Source: Candidatus Latescibacterota bacterium (GTDB lineage Bacteria; Latescibacterota; UBA2968; UBA8231). Taken from it: a DNA stretch of 64,000 nucleotides. Position 1 is the stretch's first letter. Every line of letters begins with the position of its first letter. The position numbers and the translations under genes were made by a program. Below the pieces are notes generated by a model. It was not told the DNA's origin, did not search any database, and saw nothing but the letters and a program-made list of their open reading frames with translations. Positions 9,566 through 17,786 of this stretch are shown here, piece after piece. The DNA is taken from NCBI GenBank assembly GCA_965208105.1, contig OZ242318.1, positions 1,760,001 through 1,824,000 on the forward strand. The letters are read 5' to 3'.

Positions 9566-10486
9566 ATGGTGACAACCCGCTACCCACAGGCTATTCTGCT
9601 CAGCTGCGAGATACCCTGGAACGACAAAGAGGAATTGCTCGAAGACGTCTTCCGCAAGGAGGTTCGAGCCGTGCTCGCCGGGGGATTCAACCATCTCTAC
9701 ATCTTTGGGACCGCCGGCGAAGGATACGCGGTTACCCTTTCCCAATTCCAGGAAATTGTCAGGATCTTTCGCGAAGAAACCAGAATAGATGGCATTTTTC
9801 CCATGGTAGGCGTGATCGGAATGTCGACTGCCCAGGTTGTGGAAAAGGTGGGCTTCGCCTTTGACCAGGGCTTCCGCGCCTTCCAGATTGCTCTGCCCCC
9901 ATGGGGAGAGCTCGACGACGACGAGTATCTGGTCTACTTCCAGGACGTGTGCGGCAACTTCCCGAATGCCAGCTTCATACATTACAACCTGCCGCGCGGC
10001 CGCCGCCTGCTCACCGGGCCGGACTACCGCCGCCTGGCAGACGCTGTGCCCAACCTGGCGGGGACCAAGAATACCCGCACCGACATCAACGACATTGCCA
10101 GCATCGCAACCCACGCTCCCGAGCTGCAGCACTTCTACGGGGAATGCGGTTTCCCCATCGGCTGTCTGTTCGGCGAGTGCTCCCTCCTCAGCTCCTACGG
10201 CGCTCTATTTCCAGCCAAAACAAGGGAGTTCTTTCGGTACGGCGTCGAAAAGCAGTGGGACAAGCTGTTTCCATTGATGAAGGAATACCTCCAGGTGATG
10301 GCCGACTTCGATGAGCCCACCCTCGAGCGCAGCGGCATCGACGGCTGCTACGACAAGATGATCGTGCGCGGCAGCGGCATCGATATGCCACTGCGCCTGC
10401 TCTCACCTTATCTTTGCTTCGATATGGAGGTCTATGATTCGGTGATGAAGCTGATTAGGGAACGGTACCCTGATTGGCTGAAGTAG
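9566..10486 (+). CDS. Dihydrodipicolinate synthase / NAL family class I aldolase
   Basis: FGTAGEG, IHYNLP (Tyr), GTKNT (Schiff-base Lys). GGAGG RBS before the ATG at 9566. Confidence 0.8.
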   Translation: MVTTRYPQAILLSCEIPWNDKEELLEDVFRKEVRAVLAGGFNHLYIFGTAGEGYAVTLSQFQEIVRIFREETRIDGIFPMVGVIGMSTAQVVEKVGFAFDQGFRAFQIALPPWGELDDDEYLVYFQDVCGNFPNASFIHYNLPRGRRLLTGPDYRRLADAVPNLAGTKNTRTDINDIASIATHAPELQHFYGECGFPIGCLFGECSLLSSYGALFPAKTREFFRYGVEKQWDKLFPLMKEYLQVMADFDEPTLERSGIDGCYDKMIVRGSGIDMPLRLLSPYLCFDMEVYDSVMKLIRERYPDWLK

Positions 10487-10602
10487 GTTAGCCTCTACAG
10501 ACTTCCCCCCGTCTCACGACGGGCAAGCTGAGGAACCGGCTCCGTCTGGGTGAATTTCCTGCAGGGTGCAAGGGCCTGAGGTCCAATCACCCACGAAATC
10601 CC

Positions 10603-12129
10603 CTACTTCCAGTGGATATTGTAGATCTCTCCGCGCTCCAACTCCAGGCGCAGACTCACGGCATTGTGCTGATAGTGCTCCGTTGTCGCTTCTTTCCAGC
10701 GCATTAGGTGGCTCGTGCTGTCTCCGGAGAGGATCTTGAATGGCCCCTTCTCCAACCCCGGCAGCGGTGTCCCGAAGGGATCGCAGAGTTCGGCACGCAA
10801 CCAGCCGTCAATCCGGGCATCGACGCACAGTTCCGCTCCTCCCAGAATGAAGGGACGGGTCAACATCATACCCGCGCCGGCACCGCGTGCTGACAGCCCC
10901 AGGAATCGGCGCTTGGGAAAGCGGGCTGCCCGGACCTCGGCCCCAATCTTTCCTTTTTCCCCATGGCGTACTTCGTTGTGGCGATGGCCACTGGCGGAGT
11001 AGAGCAGAAGCCAGTCCGAACCGGCGTCCACCAGGCGGTTCGGTGCATGGATCATGCCTGCCTCTTCATCGCTTTCCCTCGGCACCCATGGCATGCGCAG
11101 GGGTCGATCCCAACGCCGCCCATCCCGGCTGAAACACAGCTCAATATCCATCGTCTGGTCGTACACCAGGTAGCTGCCCATGAGGCCGATCTGCCAGCCA
11201 TCCTGGCGATGCACAGCAAGGTAGTAGAACTGCTGGTCCAACCTGTCGCGCTCGTCGGGTACGATCAGCAGCTCCGGATCGCTCCACTCCATCCCGTCAG
11301 CGCTGCTGCGCCGGTGGATTGCCCGCAGCATGAACGGCGCGTTGTCGTGCTCGAACCGGCGCGGGCTGCCTTCCAGGTTGCACAGAGGCCACGGCGCGTA
11401 GAACTCGTAGCACCCCGTGTCCGGAGCACGGAAAACATAGACCGCGTCGTTGGCGCGCAGTCCCTTCAGCCGGACCAGTTGGTCCACCGTACACCTCTCG
11501 AGCAGATGTCCCCATCTGGCCTCACTGCTTCCTGGAACGAATCGTTCCAGGGCTCCCTGGACGGGACCTTCTCCTCTCTCCTTTTCCGGCGGCGCCACTC
11601 CAGGTGTCCAGATCCACGATCCCAACTCCAGCGGATGGTATATTACCGGCTCGTCGAAATTGGCTGCTTCCCATCGCAACCCATCCGCGCTCTGTGCCAC
11701 CACGTAGCGCAGGTAGGGCCGATTGTTGACCCAGAAGTACATGCGCCATCCTCCCTCCTCATCTTGCCATACCTGGGGCTGGCCGTAGCGTTCAACCCCG
11801 GCCGGCAACCCCTGGATGGCCAACCTGTTGCTACCCCTGCCATCCACCTGCATCTGGCCGAGTTCGGGTTTCTCCCACTTGAGGCCATCGACGGATTCGG
11901 CCACCGCAATCCCCATCATCTTCGTCTCCATCTCCGAAACCGTATAGTACATTCGCCACCCTTTCTCCCGGCAGCCGACGATGGAACTGGCAAAGCTCAT
12001 ACAGCGCTGGCCATCCGATGGCCGATCCGGCCGCAGCACCGTTCCCAGCTTTTCCACCGGTCCGGGAACCCGCACCAACCCCTCCATAGCCCTTATTGAG
12101 AAGTCATCGAAGAAATAAAGCATTCTCAT
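10603..12129 (-). CDS. Beta-propeller (GH32/43-like fold) hypothetical protein with C-terminal beta-sandwich
   Basis: WRMYY, AESVDGLKWEKPELG, SADGLRW, SADGMEW, FSRDGRRW repeats. C-terminal LRAELCDPFG.PLPG...GDS. Same architecture as 7937-9505. Confidence 0.65.
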   Translation of the reverse strand: MRMLYFFDDFSIRAMEGLVRVPGPVEKLGTVLRPDRPSDGQRCMSFASSIVGCREKGWRMYYTVSEMETKMMGIAVAESVDGLKWEKPELGQMQVDGRGSNRLAIQGLPAGVERYGQPQVWQDEEGGWRMYFWVNNRPYLRYVVAQSADGLRWEAANFDEPVIYHPLELGSWIWTPGVAPPEKERGEGPVQGALERFVPGSSEARWGHLLERCTVDQLVRLKGLRANDAVYVFRAPDTGCYEFYAPWPLCNLEGSPRRFEHDNAPFMLRAIHRRSSADGMEWSDPELLIVPDERDRLDQQFYYLAVHRQDGWQIGLMGSYLVYDQTMDIELCFSRDGRRWDRPLRMPWVPRESDEEAGMIHAPNRLVDAGSDWLLLYSASGHRHNEVRHGEKGKIGAEVRAARFPKRRFLGLSARGAGAGMMLTRPFILGGAELCVDARIDGWLRAELCDPFGTPLPGLEKGPFKILSGDSTSHLMRWKEATTEHYQHNAVSLRLELERGEIYNIHWK

Positions 12130-12168
12130 CCCCCGTAATCGTCATTCCTTGAATCCACCGCAATGACC

Positions 12169-12209
12169 AAAAAAGGCATGTGGCCACGACGGATGCCCGC
12201 CGTGACCAC
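12169..12209 (-). terminator. Putative intrinsic terminator of the envelope operon
   Basis: Minus strand GTGGTCACGGCGG-GCAT-CCGTCGTGGCCAC (13-bp stem, 2 G-U pairs) followed by ATGCC-TTTTTT, about 40 bp after the 12248 stop. Confidence 0.5.
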
Positions 12210-12247
12210 GAAAACCAGAATCCTGTCATTGGCGCGAAGTATAAAAT

Positions 12248-15200
12248 CTATATCGGCCGTCCATACTCGGTAAAACCCACAAGGGTACGAACGAAAACCG
12301 ACCACTGATCGAATTCTCTCAACTGTTGAAAGGCGTCGTCGAACTTCTTCTTTCCCCTGCTCACTCCGATCACACTGTATAGATCGTATCCAAAATATCG
12401 AGACTGGTTTGTCAGCGTGATAAAGGATGTGCTCTGCTCAAAACTCTGGCTCTCCCTGAGCTGGTCTTTCACTCTGTATTGCAAGGGACCGAATCCCTGG
12501 ACGCCCCCTCGGAGAAACGTCCGGCTCATCAATGGGTATTCCAGTCTCAATATGGGGATCGACCGGGTCTCATAACGCAAATCCCGTCCGCCGTAGGTGC
12601 CGTCCACTCGGCGGTCGGCATCCTGGTCTTTGAGGCGCAGGAGAATGAACTTGTATTGGGGCTTGACACGCAGCTTGCCCCAATGCCAGGTATATTCGGT
12701 TTTGCTGACCCAGGTCCAGAAATCCAGCCGGTGGTCCCTCTGTTCGAAACCACTGTATAGCTGTCCCCCTTGCTGCCAATTGACCTTCACCCGCAGTTCC
12801 TGTTCCACGCCCAGGTCAGGCAAAGGCCGCAAATGTGCTGCCAGAAAAGTCTCGTTGACCAGACTGTCCCGATAAAGAAGTTGATCGGGACGAGACCCGC
12901 TGGAAAAAATTGGCACACCCCCAAATTCACTCGCCCGCTCAAGACCTCGATACCCGAACATGAGACCCCTGCCAGGTGTTTCCTTGAGCAACGTGGTTTC
13001 ATCGGGGATATCGTCTTGCACCCGCCGGATGTTGTTTTCAAACAACAGTCGACGCAGTTGCCTTATACCCTGGCGGTGGAAGATCAATAGCGCATAGGTT
13101 GATCTGTTTCGTCCTGCCCCTGCCACCTCCCTGACATTGTATTGTCCTGCGGCCAACGACCAGTGCCCGCTCAGATCCACCTGCCCAAAAAGGTGATAGC
13201 CCCGCTGGTCAGAATCATAGGGGTAGTCCGGATCCCAATCGTCTTCGCGGTGGTCGGGCTCGTCGTTGTTGTTGCGGTCCAGACCATATGCATAATCGAT
13301 GGGCTCCACGCCGTACATCAGAAACGGTTCTTCGTAGTCGGGAATGGAATTTCCGTTCCGATTGGTATCGGGGAAGCCATCGCCATCGTCGTCCTGACCC
13401 GGAAAAACGCCGTCGACGTCGAAATCCCGACGGTCATTGGGAAGTCCGGGAAGATTGCCAATGCGCTTATCGGGATAGCGGTCGCCATCATCATTGTCCT
13501 CGACCAAGTCCCAGTAAACCGTCTGGTTGGAAATCCCCGCCAGATTGCCTTCGGTCAATCCCACCTCAAATGGAACAAAGCTCCGCATCCCGGTGGTAAA
13601 ACCGGGATTCATCGAGAAGAACTCCACTCCCCCTCGTCCCGGCCCCCACCAACGGGTCGCATTGACGAAATAGGCCGAACCTCGCTCCACTGAATGCGGC
13701 CCTTCCAGGTATATCGCCTCCCCTTCCCGCTGCGCAGGATAACGCGAGTACCGCGCCGAGCGGGCGTATTCGCCGTTGATTTCCACGCCAACCAGGTCCA
13801 GACCCACATCCGCGCTGTAGGTGAACAGGGCCGTGTGCTCCCCTACCGCAAAACGCCTGAGCCTCAGGTTTGACCCGTCCTGCACATTCCCTGGAGCGCG
13901 CAGAACCGTCTGGTAGAAGCTGACGTTGTAGCGCGTGGGATGATTCCGGGCGCGGAGATTCTCGTTCATCAGGAAAGACACCTCCACCCGGTAGTCATTC
14001 CCCAACAGGGCTTCCACCTCCACAGATTCAACCAGCGGCTCCTGCCTCAAATCGAACATGAAAACCAGTTGTTCTTCACCATCGGCACTCAAAACATCGT
14101 CGGGCGATTCGACATCAAAAAGTGCAACAAGCCCTTCCAGATTGGTATCTCCGCTCACATCCACACCGGCCTCGTGGTCCAGCCGGTAGAGATAATCGGC
14201 AAAGAGCGGGACCTCCTGACGTCCCCTGTAGTAGCGGGGCTGGTTCTGGTAGTAACCGCGAAAGGTATTGTATACGATTGGACGGAATTCGCCTGTTGCC
14301 CGGGACACTGTGCCCGACTGTAGTGGGACTCCGTCCAGGTGCCTGACCACCTGCGGCCTCAGGTCTGACCGTGGCTCGCCATTTACGACCAGTTGAACAT
14401 CCTGCACCAAGGCCCCTCCCGCGCCATCAGCCGGAGAGTCATCGGTGAAACGCACTACCAGCCAGTCGAACATAGGCAGGCTGGATCGCACCACTCCTTT
14501 GAGCGAATTACCCGGCTGCGTGCTCCGGTATACATTCAGGTTGGTGCCATTGAGGCCAATGCGCAAATTGCCGATCTGGGTCTGCACTCGACTCGCGACA
14601 AGCATAGTGTTGTCGTCGGCAAAGTGACTGCTTTCATAGGAGTATGAAGGAGGGGTTTCATGGTATGACCTTGGCCGCTCAATTCGCGACCCTAGTGCCG
14701 TAAAGTCGAATTGAGGGGTGGAAACGTCAACGCGCAATCCGTTGAAATTCGCCATCGAAAGAGTCAACGGCGTGAAGCGTGCAATCAGCGCATCGCCGAC
14801 AATGGCGCTGTAGCCCCAGCTACCGTAGCCATCGCGCGCCATCAGCATGTTGTCGAATACTATGGTCCAGGGATGAAAGTCCTTGAAGATCTCGCTGCCG
14901 TATTCTTGCCCTGGCCTTCGGTCCTCGGTCCACCAGTAAATGGGATAGCCGGTGACGAGATAGTCCCCCATCGAGTTGTAGAAGGCCTGCGGCTGATCGG
15001 CGTAGGGGAAGGCGTGATTGGGATAATGGCCAAACTTCTGGTAGGCAAAATTTCGATAGGGAGGACGGTGTTGCCGTAATAGGGGATAGGAGGGTTCCAC
15101 CTGGCGCAGGGACAATCGCTCATCTTGCTGGGAATGAACCCCTTCTCCCCAGGCCAGAAATCCGCCCAAAATTGCAAAAAATAAAACACCCGAGAGGTGA

Positions 15201-15259
15201 ATTGCGGAACAATTTAACCTCCCGGGTGTGAAAAACCCATTACAGGAGCGTGAATCCAT
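12248..15259 (-). CDS. Large secreted/predicted outer-membrane protein, paralogue A, with acidic Ca-binding-like insert
   Basis: N-terminal hydrophobic signal, aromatic-rich amphipathic beta-strands, EDNDDGDRYPD...GVFPGQDDDGDGFPDTNRNGNSIPDYEEPFL. Aligns by eye with 21070-23886 and 23891-26665. Confidence 0.7.
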   Translation of the reverse strand: MDSRSCNGFFTPGRLNCSAIHLSGVLFFAILGGFLAWGEGVHSQQDERLSLRQVEPSYPLLRQHRPPYRNFAYQKFGHYPNHAFPYADQPQAFYNSMGDYLVTGYPIYWWTEDRRPGQEYGSEIFKDFHPWTIVFDNMLMARDGYGSWGYSAIVGDALIARFTPLTLSMANFNGLRVDVSTPQFDFTALGSRIERPRSYHETPPSYSYESSHFADDNTMLVASRVQTQIGNLRIGLNGTNLNVYRSTQPGNSLKGVVRSSLPMFDWLVVRFTDDSPADGAGGALVQDVQLVVNGEPRSDLRPQVVRHLDGVPLQSGTVSRATGEFRPIVYNTFRGYYQNQPRYYRGRQEVPLFADYLYRLDHEAGVDVSGDTNLEGLVALFDVESPDDVLSADGEEQLVFMFDLRQEPLVESVEVEALLGNDYRVEVSFLMNENLRARNHPTRYNVSFYQTVLRAPGNVQDGSNLRLRRFAVGEHTALFTYSADVGLDLVGVEINGEYARSARYSRYPAQREGEAIYLEGPHSVERGSAYFVNATRWWGPGRGGVEFFSMNPGFTTGMRSFVPFEVGLTEGNLAGISNQTVYWDLVEDNDDGDRYPDKRIGNLPGLPNDRRDFDVDGVFPGQDDDGDGFPDTNRNGNSIPDYEEPFLMYGVEPIDYAYGLDRNNNDEPDHREDDWDPDYPYDSDQRGYHLFGQVDLSGHWSLAAGQYNVREVAGAGRNRSTYALLIFHRQGIRQLRRLLFENNIRRVQDDIPDETTLLKETPGRGLMFGYRGLERASEFGGVPIFSSGSRPDQLLYRDSLVNETFLAAHLRPLPDLGVEQELRVKVNWQQGGQLYSGFEQRDHRLDFWTWVSKTEYTWHWGKLRVKPQYKFILLRLKDQDADRRVDGTYGGRDLRYETRSIPILRLEYPLMSRTFLRGGVQGFGPLQYRVKDQLRESQSFEQSTSFITLTNQSRYFGYDLYSVIGVSRGKKKFDDAFQQLREFDQWSVFVRTLVGFTEYGRPI

Positions 15260-15270
15260 CCAAAATTGCC

Positions 15271-16554
15271 TTATTGCGCGGACACCTTGAACTCGAAGGG
15301 ATATGTCACACTCACAGGAATAGCGCGTACCTGAACGGCAGCAGCGGCCCCTCCGCCAGGTTGCACTCCCTCTATAGCGTCTGCGCCTCCACCAACTGCC
15401 GGACCTGCGGCTTGAGCTCGCGCCGCCCGCAGCGATGCCACGTCAATCGGCCGGAAGGACCACCTCTGGACATCGGACTGGATGCACTCGACCACCCTCT
15501 CATTGTCGACGGTGGATTCCGTGATCCTGGTATCGGATATGGCCCCGCCTACTTCGATTGTGAAGCTGACCTCGACCCTGCCTTCCCTTGCCTCTCCCTT
15601 ATCGAATTCGTCGGTGAAACACCTGTTGAGAGCGGTAAGCCGCTGGCGGGCAACTGCCCGAATGGCGCTGATACTGCGGGTGCGGTCGTCAGGGAGATTC
15701 CCCAGCACCCGGGTAGGTCCATCCTCTGAGATCATCAGGTCTTCGGCGGCTTTGGCCTTCAGCGCATCGGCTTCCACAACGGTGCGCTCCACGCTGTGAT
15801 CAAATTCAAAGCGCAGATCCACTACATCTTCGGGCCTATCGAAGGCACCGAATTGCAGGACAAATTCCTTGATCGTCAATACAACTGTCTCTGTTTTGGG
15901 ATCGACCGGGTTGAATACTATGAAGCCGCCGTAGTTTTCACCCTTGAAGACAGGCTGCTCCTCTTCGTAGTTGTTGCTGCGCACAGTACCCATCCTCAAC
16001 TCGAAACGATAAAATTCATTGCCACTCTGGCCTCTCCGAGAGCGATAGTAGTTTTCAAAATTGTTCTGTACCGCGGAAGAGGAAATGCCATAGGAGCGGT
16101 GAAATTCGCCCCGGTCGGTCTCGAGAATGACTTCGCTTGGATCGATCATAACCTTGGGGAAGGTTCGGTTGAAAATCGAAACCCTGAACACGGTGAAGCG
16201 ATTAGGCGTATAGCCAAGGCGCGGATCAATCCAGTTGCCGTATGTATATGGATTGGTGGAGTACTTGCCCTTGGTTGACTCGTCAGGAAACATCTCGTTC
16301 AGTTCGTCATCGGTCATGGGTTTGACCTCGACCCGCATTCCTGACCACTCATATGAGACAGTGCCATCCTCCTGCACAGTGTACTGTGCTCCCTCGATAG
16401 GGGACCCCTCATCCAGCGGAGCAAGGAGAACCTGTTGCTTAACGGCAGGAGGGAAGAGGAAACAGCCGGCCATGGATAAAATCAGCAAGCTCGGAATCCA
16501 CAAGCTCCATCGCGTCCGGAGAGATACCTTTCGGTAAAAAGAGCGATTCTTCAC
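15271..16554 (-). CDS. Lipoprotein with C-terminal TonB_C-like (AgmX/PglI C-terminal-type) domain
   Basis: Lipobox LILSMAG-C. C-terminus IRAVARQRLTALNRCF...EGRVEVSFTIEVGGAI...VVECIQSDVQRWSF...VSVTYPFEF matches the AgmX/PglI C-terminal pattern. GTGA overlap with the upstream gene. Confidence 0.7.
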   Translation of the reverse strand: MKNRSFYRKVSLRTRWSLWIPSLLILSMAGCFLFPPAVKQQVLLAPLDEGSPIEGAQYTVQEDGTVSYEWSGMRVEVKPMTDDELNEMFPDESTKGKYSTNPYTYGNWIDPRLGYTPNRFTVFRVSIFNRTFPKVMIDPSEVILETDRGEFHRSYGISSSAVQNNFENYYRSRRGQSGNEFYRFELRMGTVRSNNYEEEQPVFKGENYGGFIVFNPVDPKTETVVLTIKEFVLQFGAFDRPEDVVDLRFEFDHSVERTVVEADALKAKAAEDLMISEDGPTRVLGNLPDDRTRSISAIRAVARQRLTALNRCFTDEFDKGEAREGRVEVSFTIEVGGAISDTRITESTVDNERVVECIQSDVQRWSFRPIDVASLRAARAQAAGPAVGGGADAIEGVQPGGGAAAAVQVRAIPVSVTYPFEFKVSAQ

Positions 16555-17762
16555 TTCGTCGTCTCCTTGTAGAAGTCGATCTGTTGCTGGGCAATTCCAC
16601 CCTCCTGCAGCAGGGCGAAAACTACGAGATTAACCCCAATTTGCAACTGGGGTTCATTGCGGAACTCCTTCTCCCAGGCAATCCCATAAGCCTTGTTGGA
16701 AAAAACTACAACCAGTCGATCTCCCAGGAAGATTCCTTCGAGATAGGGGACCTCCGGGCGAAAATCTCTTTGGAAATTGACTCGGTCTTCGCTGCGCTGC
16801 GGCGGCGGCCCGTCCTCGAAATCAAAAAAGCTGTGGTAGATAGGATGATCATTGGGAATGACCCTGAACCGCGCATCCCGACCCAGAGCGTCCTTCAACA
16901 TCTGGCGCAATGAGGCCTCCGCCGGGCTGTACTCTATATCGGGCGTGGCATTCTCCACGAGGGCAAAACCGCCCCCCCGCAAATAAGCCTCCAGATTTTT
17001 TATTTCAGGTTCAGTCGGCTGAAACGCCGCGCCGACGGTGATATATACAAAAGGCGCACGGAAAATATCGCGCTCATCAAGGTAGAGATGGTCGTCCACC
17101 TCAGCGCGAATCTGGGTGAAATCGTTGATCGCCTCAACCAATTCAAAAATGGCACGCTGAGTAGCAGGTTCAAAGTCATTGCCCCATGCAAGGGCCAAGT
17201 AGACAAATCCGGTGATGTTTTGCTTATCCGTGGGATCCTGGATCACCAGACCCTTGTATTTGCCGATGTCTAACGCATCCAGGTCAAGAAATTCTTCCTG
17301 CATGCTGATGCGCTTTTCCGGCTCCTTGGGACTCGCAATGGCAACCCTCTGGATTTCAGGCTGGACAACCTCGAGACCCAGATCCGCGCCAGTGTCGACC
17401 CCAAAACGAAAGGTTTTTATCTTGCCGATCAGATCGGGACGGCGAATCTGGAGCCTACGGGTAATTTCGGGTTTGGCTGCACTAACCTGCCGGGTCATTT
17501 TTCTCTTGGGAATCTTGCGCTTTTCAAATTCGAAAGGCTTGGTCATCCGGGGCTTGCGCACCACGAGGTGCATCACGGGCGGCTTGGGGGCCTTTTTCTC
17601 CCGCTCGAGAGTGGCCAGATATATAACGGGCAGGGCCAATACCACCAGGGCAGCGACCAACGCCCAATAAAAAATCCTGCGCAGGCGCGCCAATAGTTCA
17701 TCAAGGCTAAGGAAATCCGCCGGCTTGGCAAAGCGCTTTCTTATTTCAGGACGATCTGTCAC
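16551..17762 (-). CDS. Membrane-anchored DUF4159-domain protein with basic Pro/Lys/Arg linker
   Basis: One TM (IFYWALVAALVVLALPVIYL), linker KKAPKPP...RKPRMTKPFEFEKRK, then DUF4159-like APFVYIT...NLEAYLRGGGF...IPNDHPIYHSFFDF...GVNLVVFAL. Confidence 0.7.
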   Translation of the reverse strand: MTDRPEIRKRFAKPADFLSLDELLARLRRIFYWALVAALVVLALPVIYLATLEREKKAPKPPVMHLVVRKPRMTKPFEFEKRKIPKRKMTRQVSAAKPEITRRLQIRRPDLIGKIKTFRFGVDTGADLGLEVVQPEIQRVAIASPKEPEKRISMQEEFLDLDALDIGKYKGLVIQDPTDKQNITGFVYLALAWGNDFEPATQRAIFELVEAINDFTQIRAEVDDHLYLDERDIFRAPFVYITVGAAFQPTEPEIKNLEAYLRGGGFALVENATPDIEYSPAEASLRQMLKDALGRDARFRVIPNDHPIYHSFFDFEDGPPPQRSEDRVNFQRDFRPEVPYLEGIFLGDRLVVVFSNKAYGIAWEKEFRNEPQLQIGVNLVVFALLQEGGIAQQQIDFYKETTK

Positions 17763-17786
17763 AAATTCCCCCTTAATGAAATAGTT

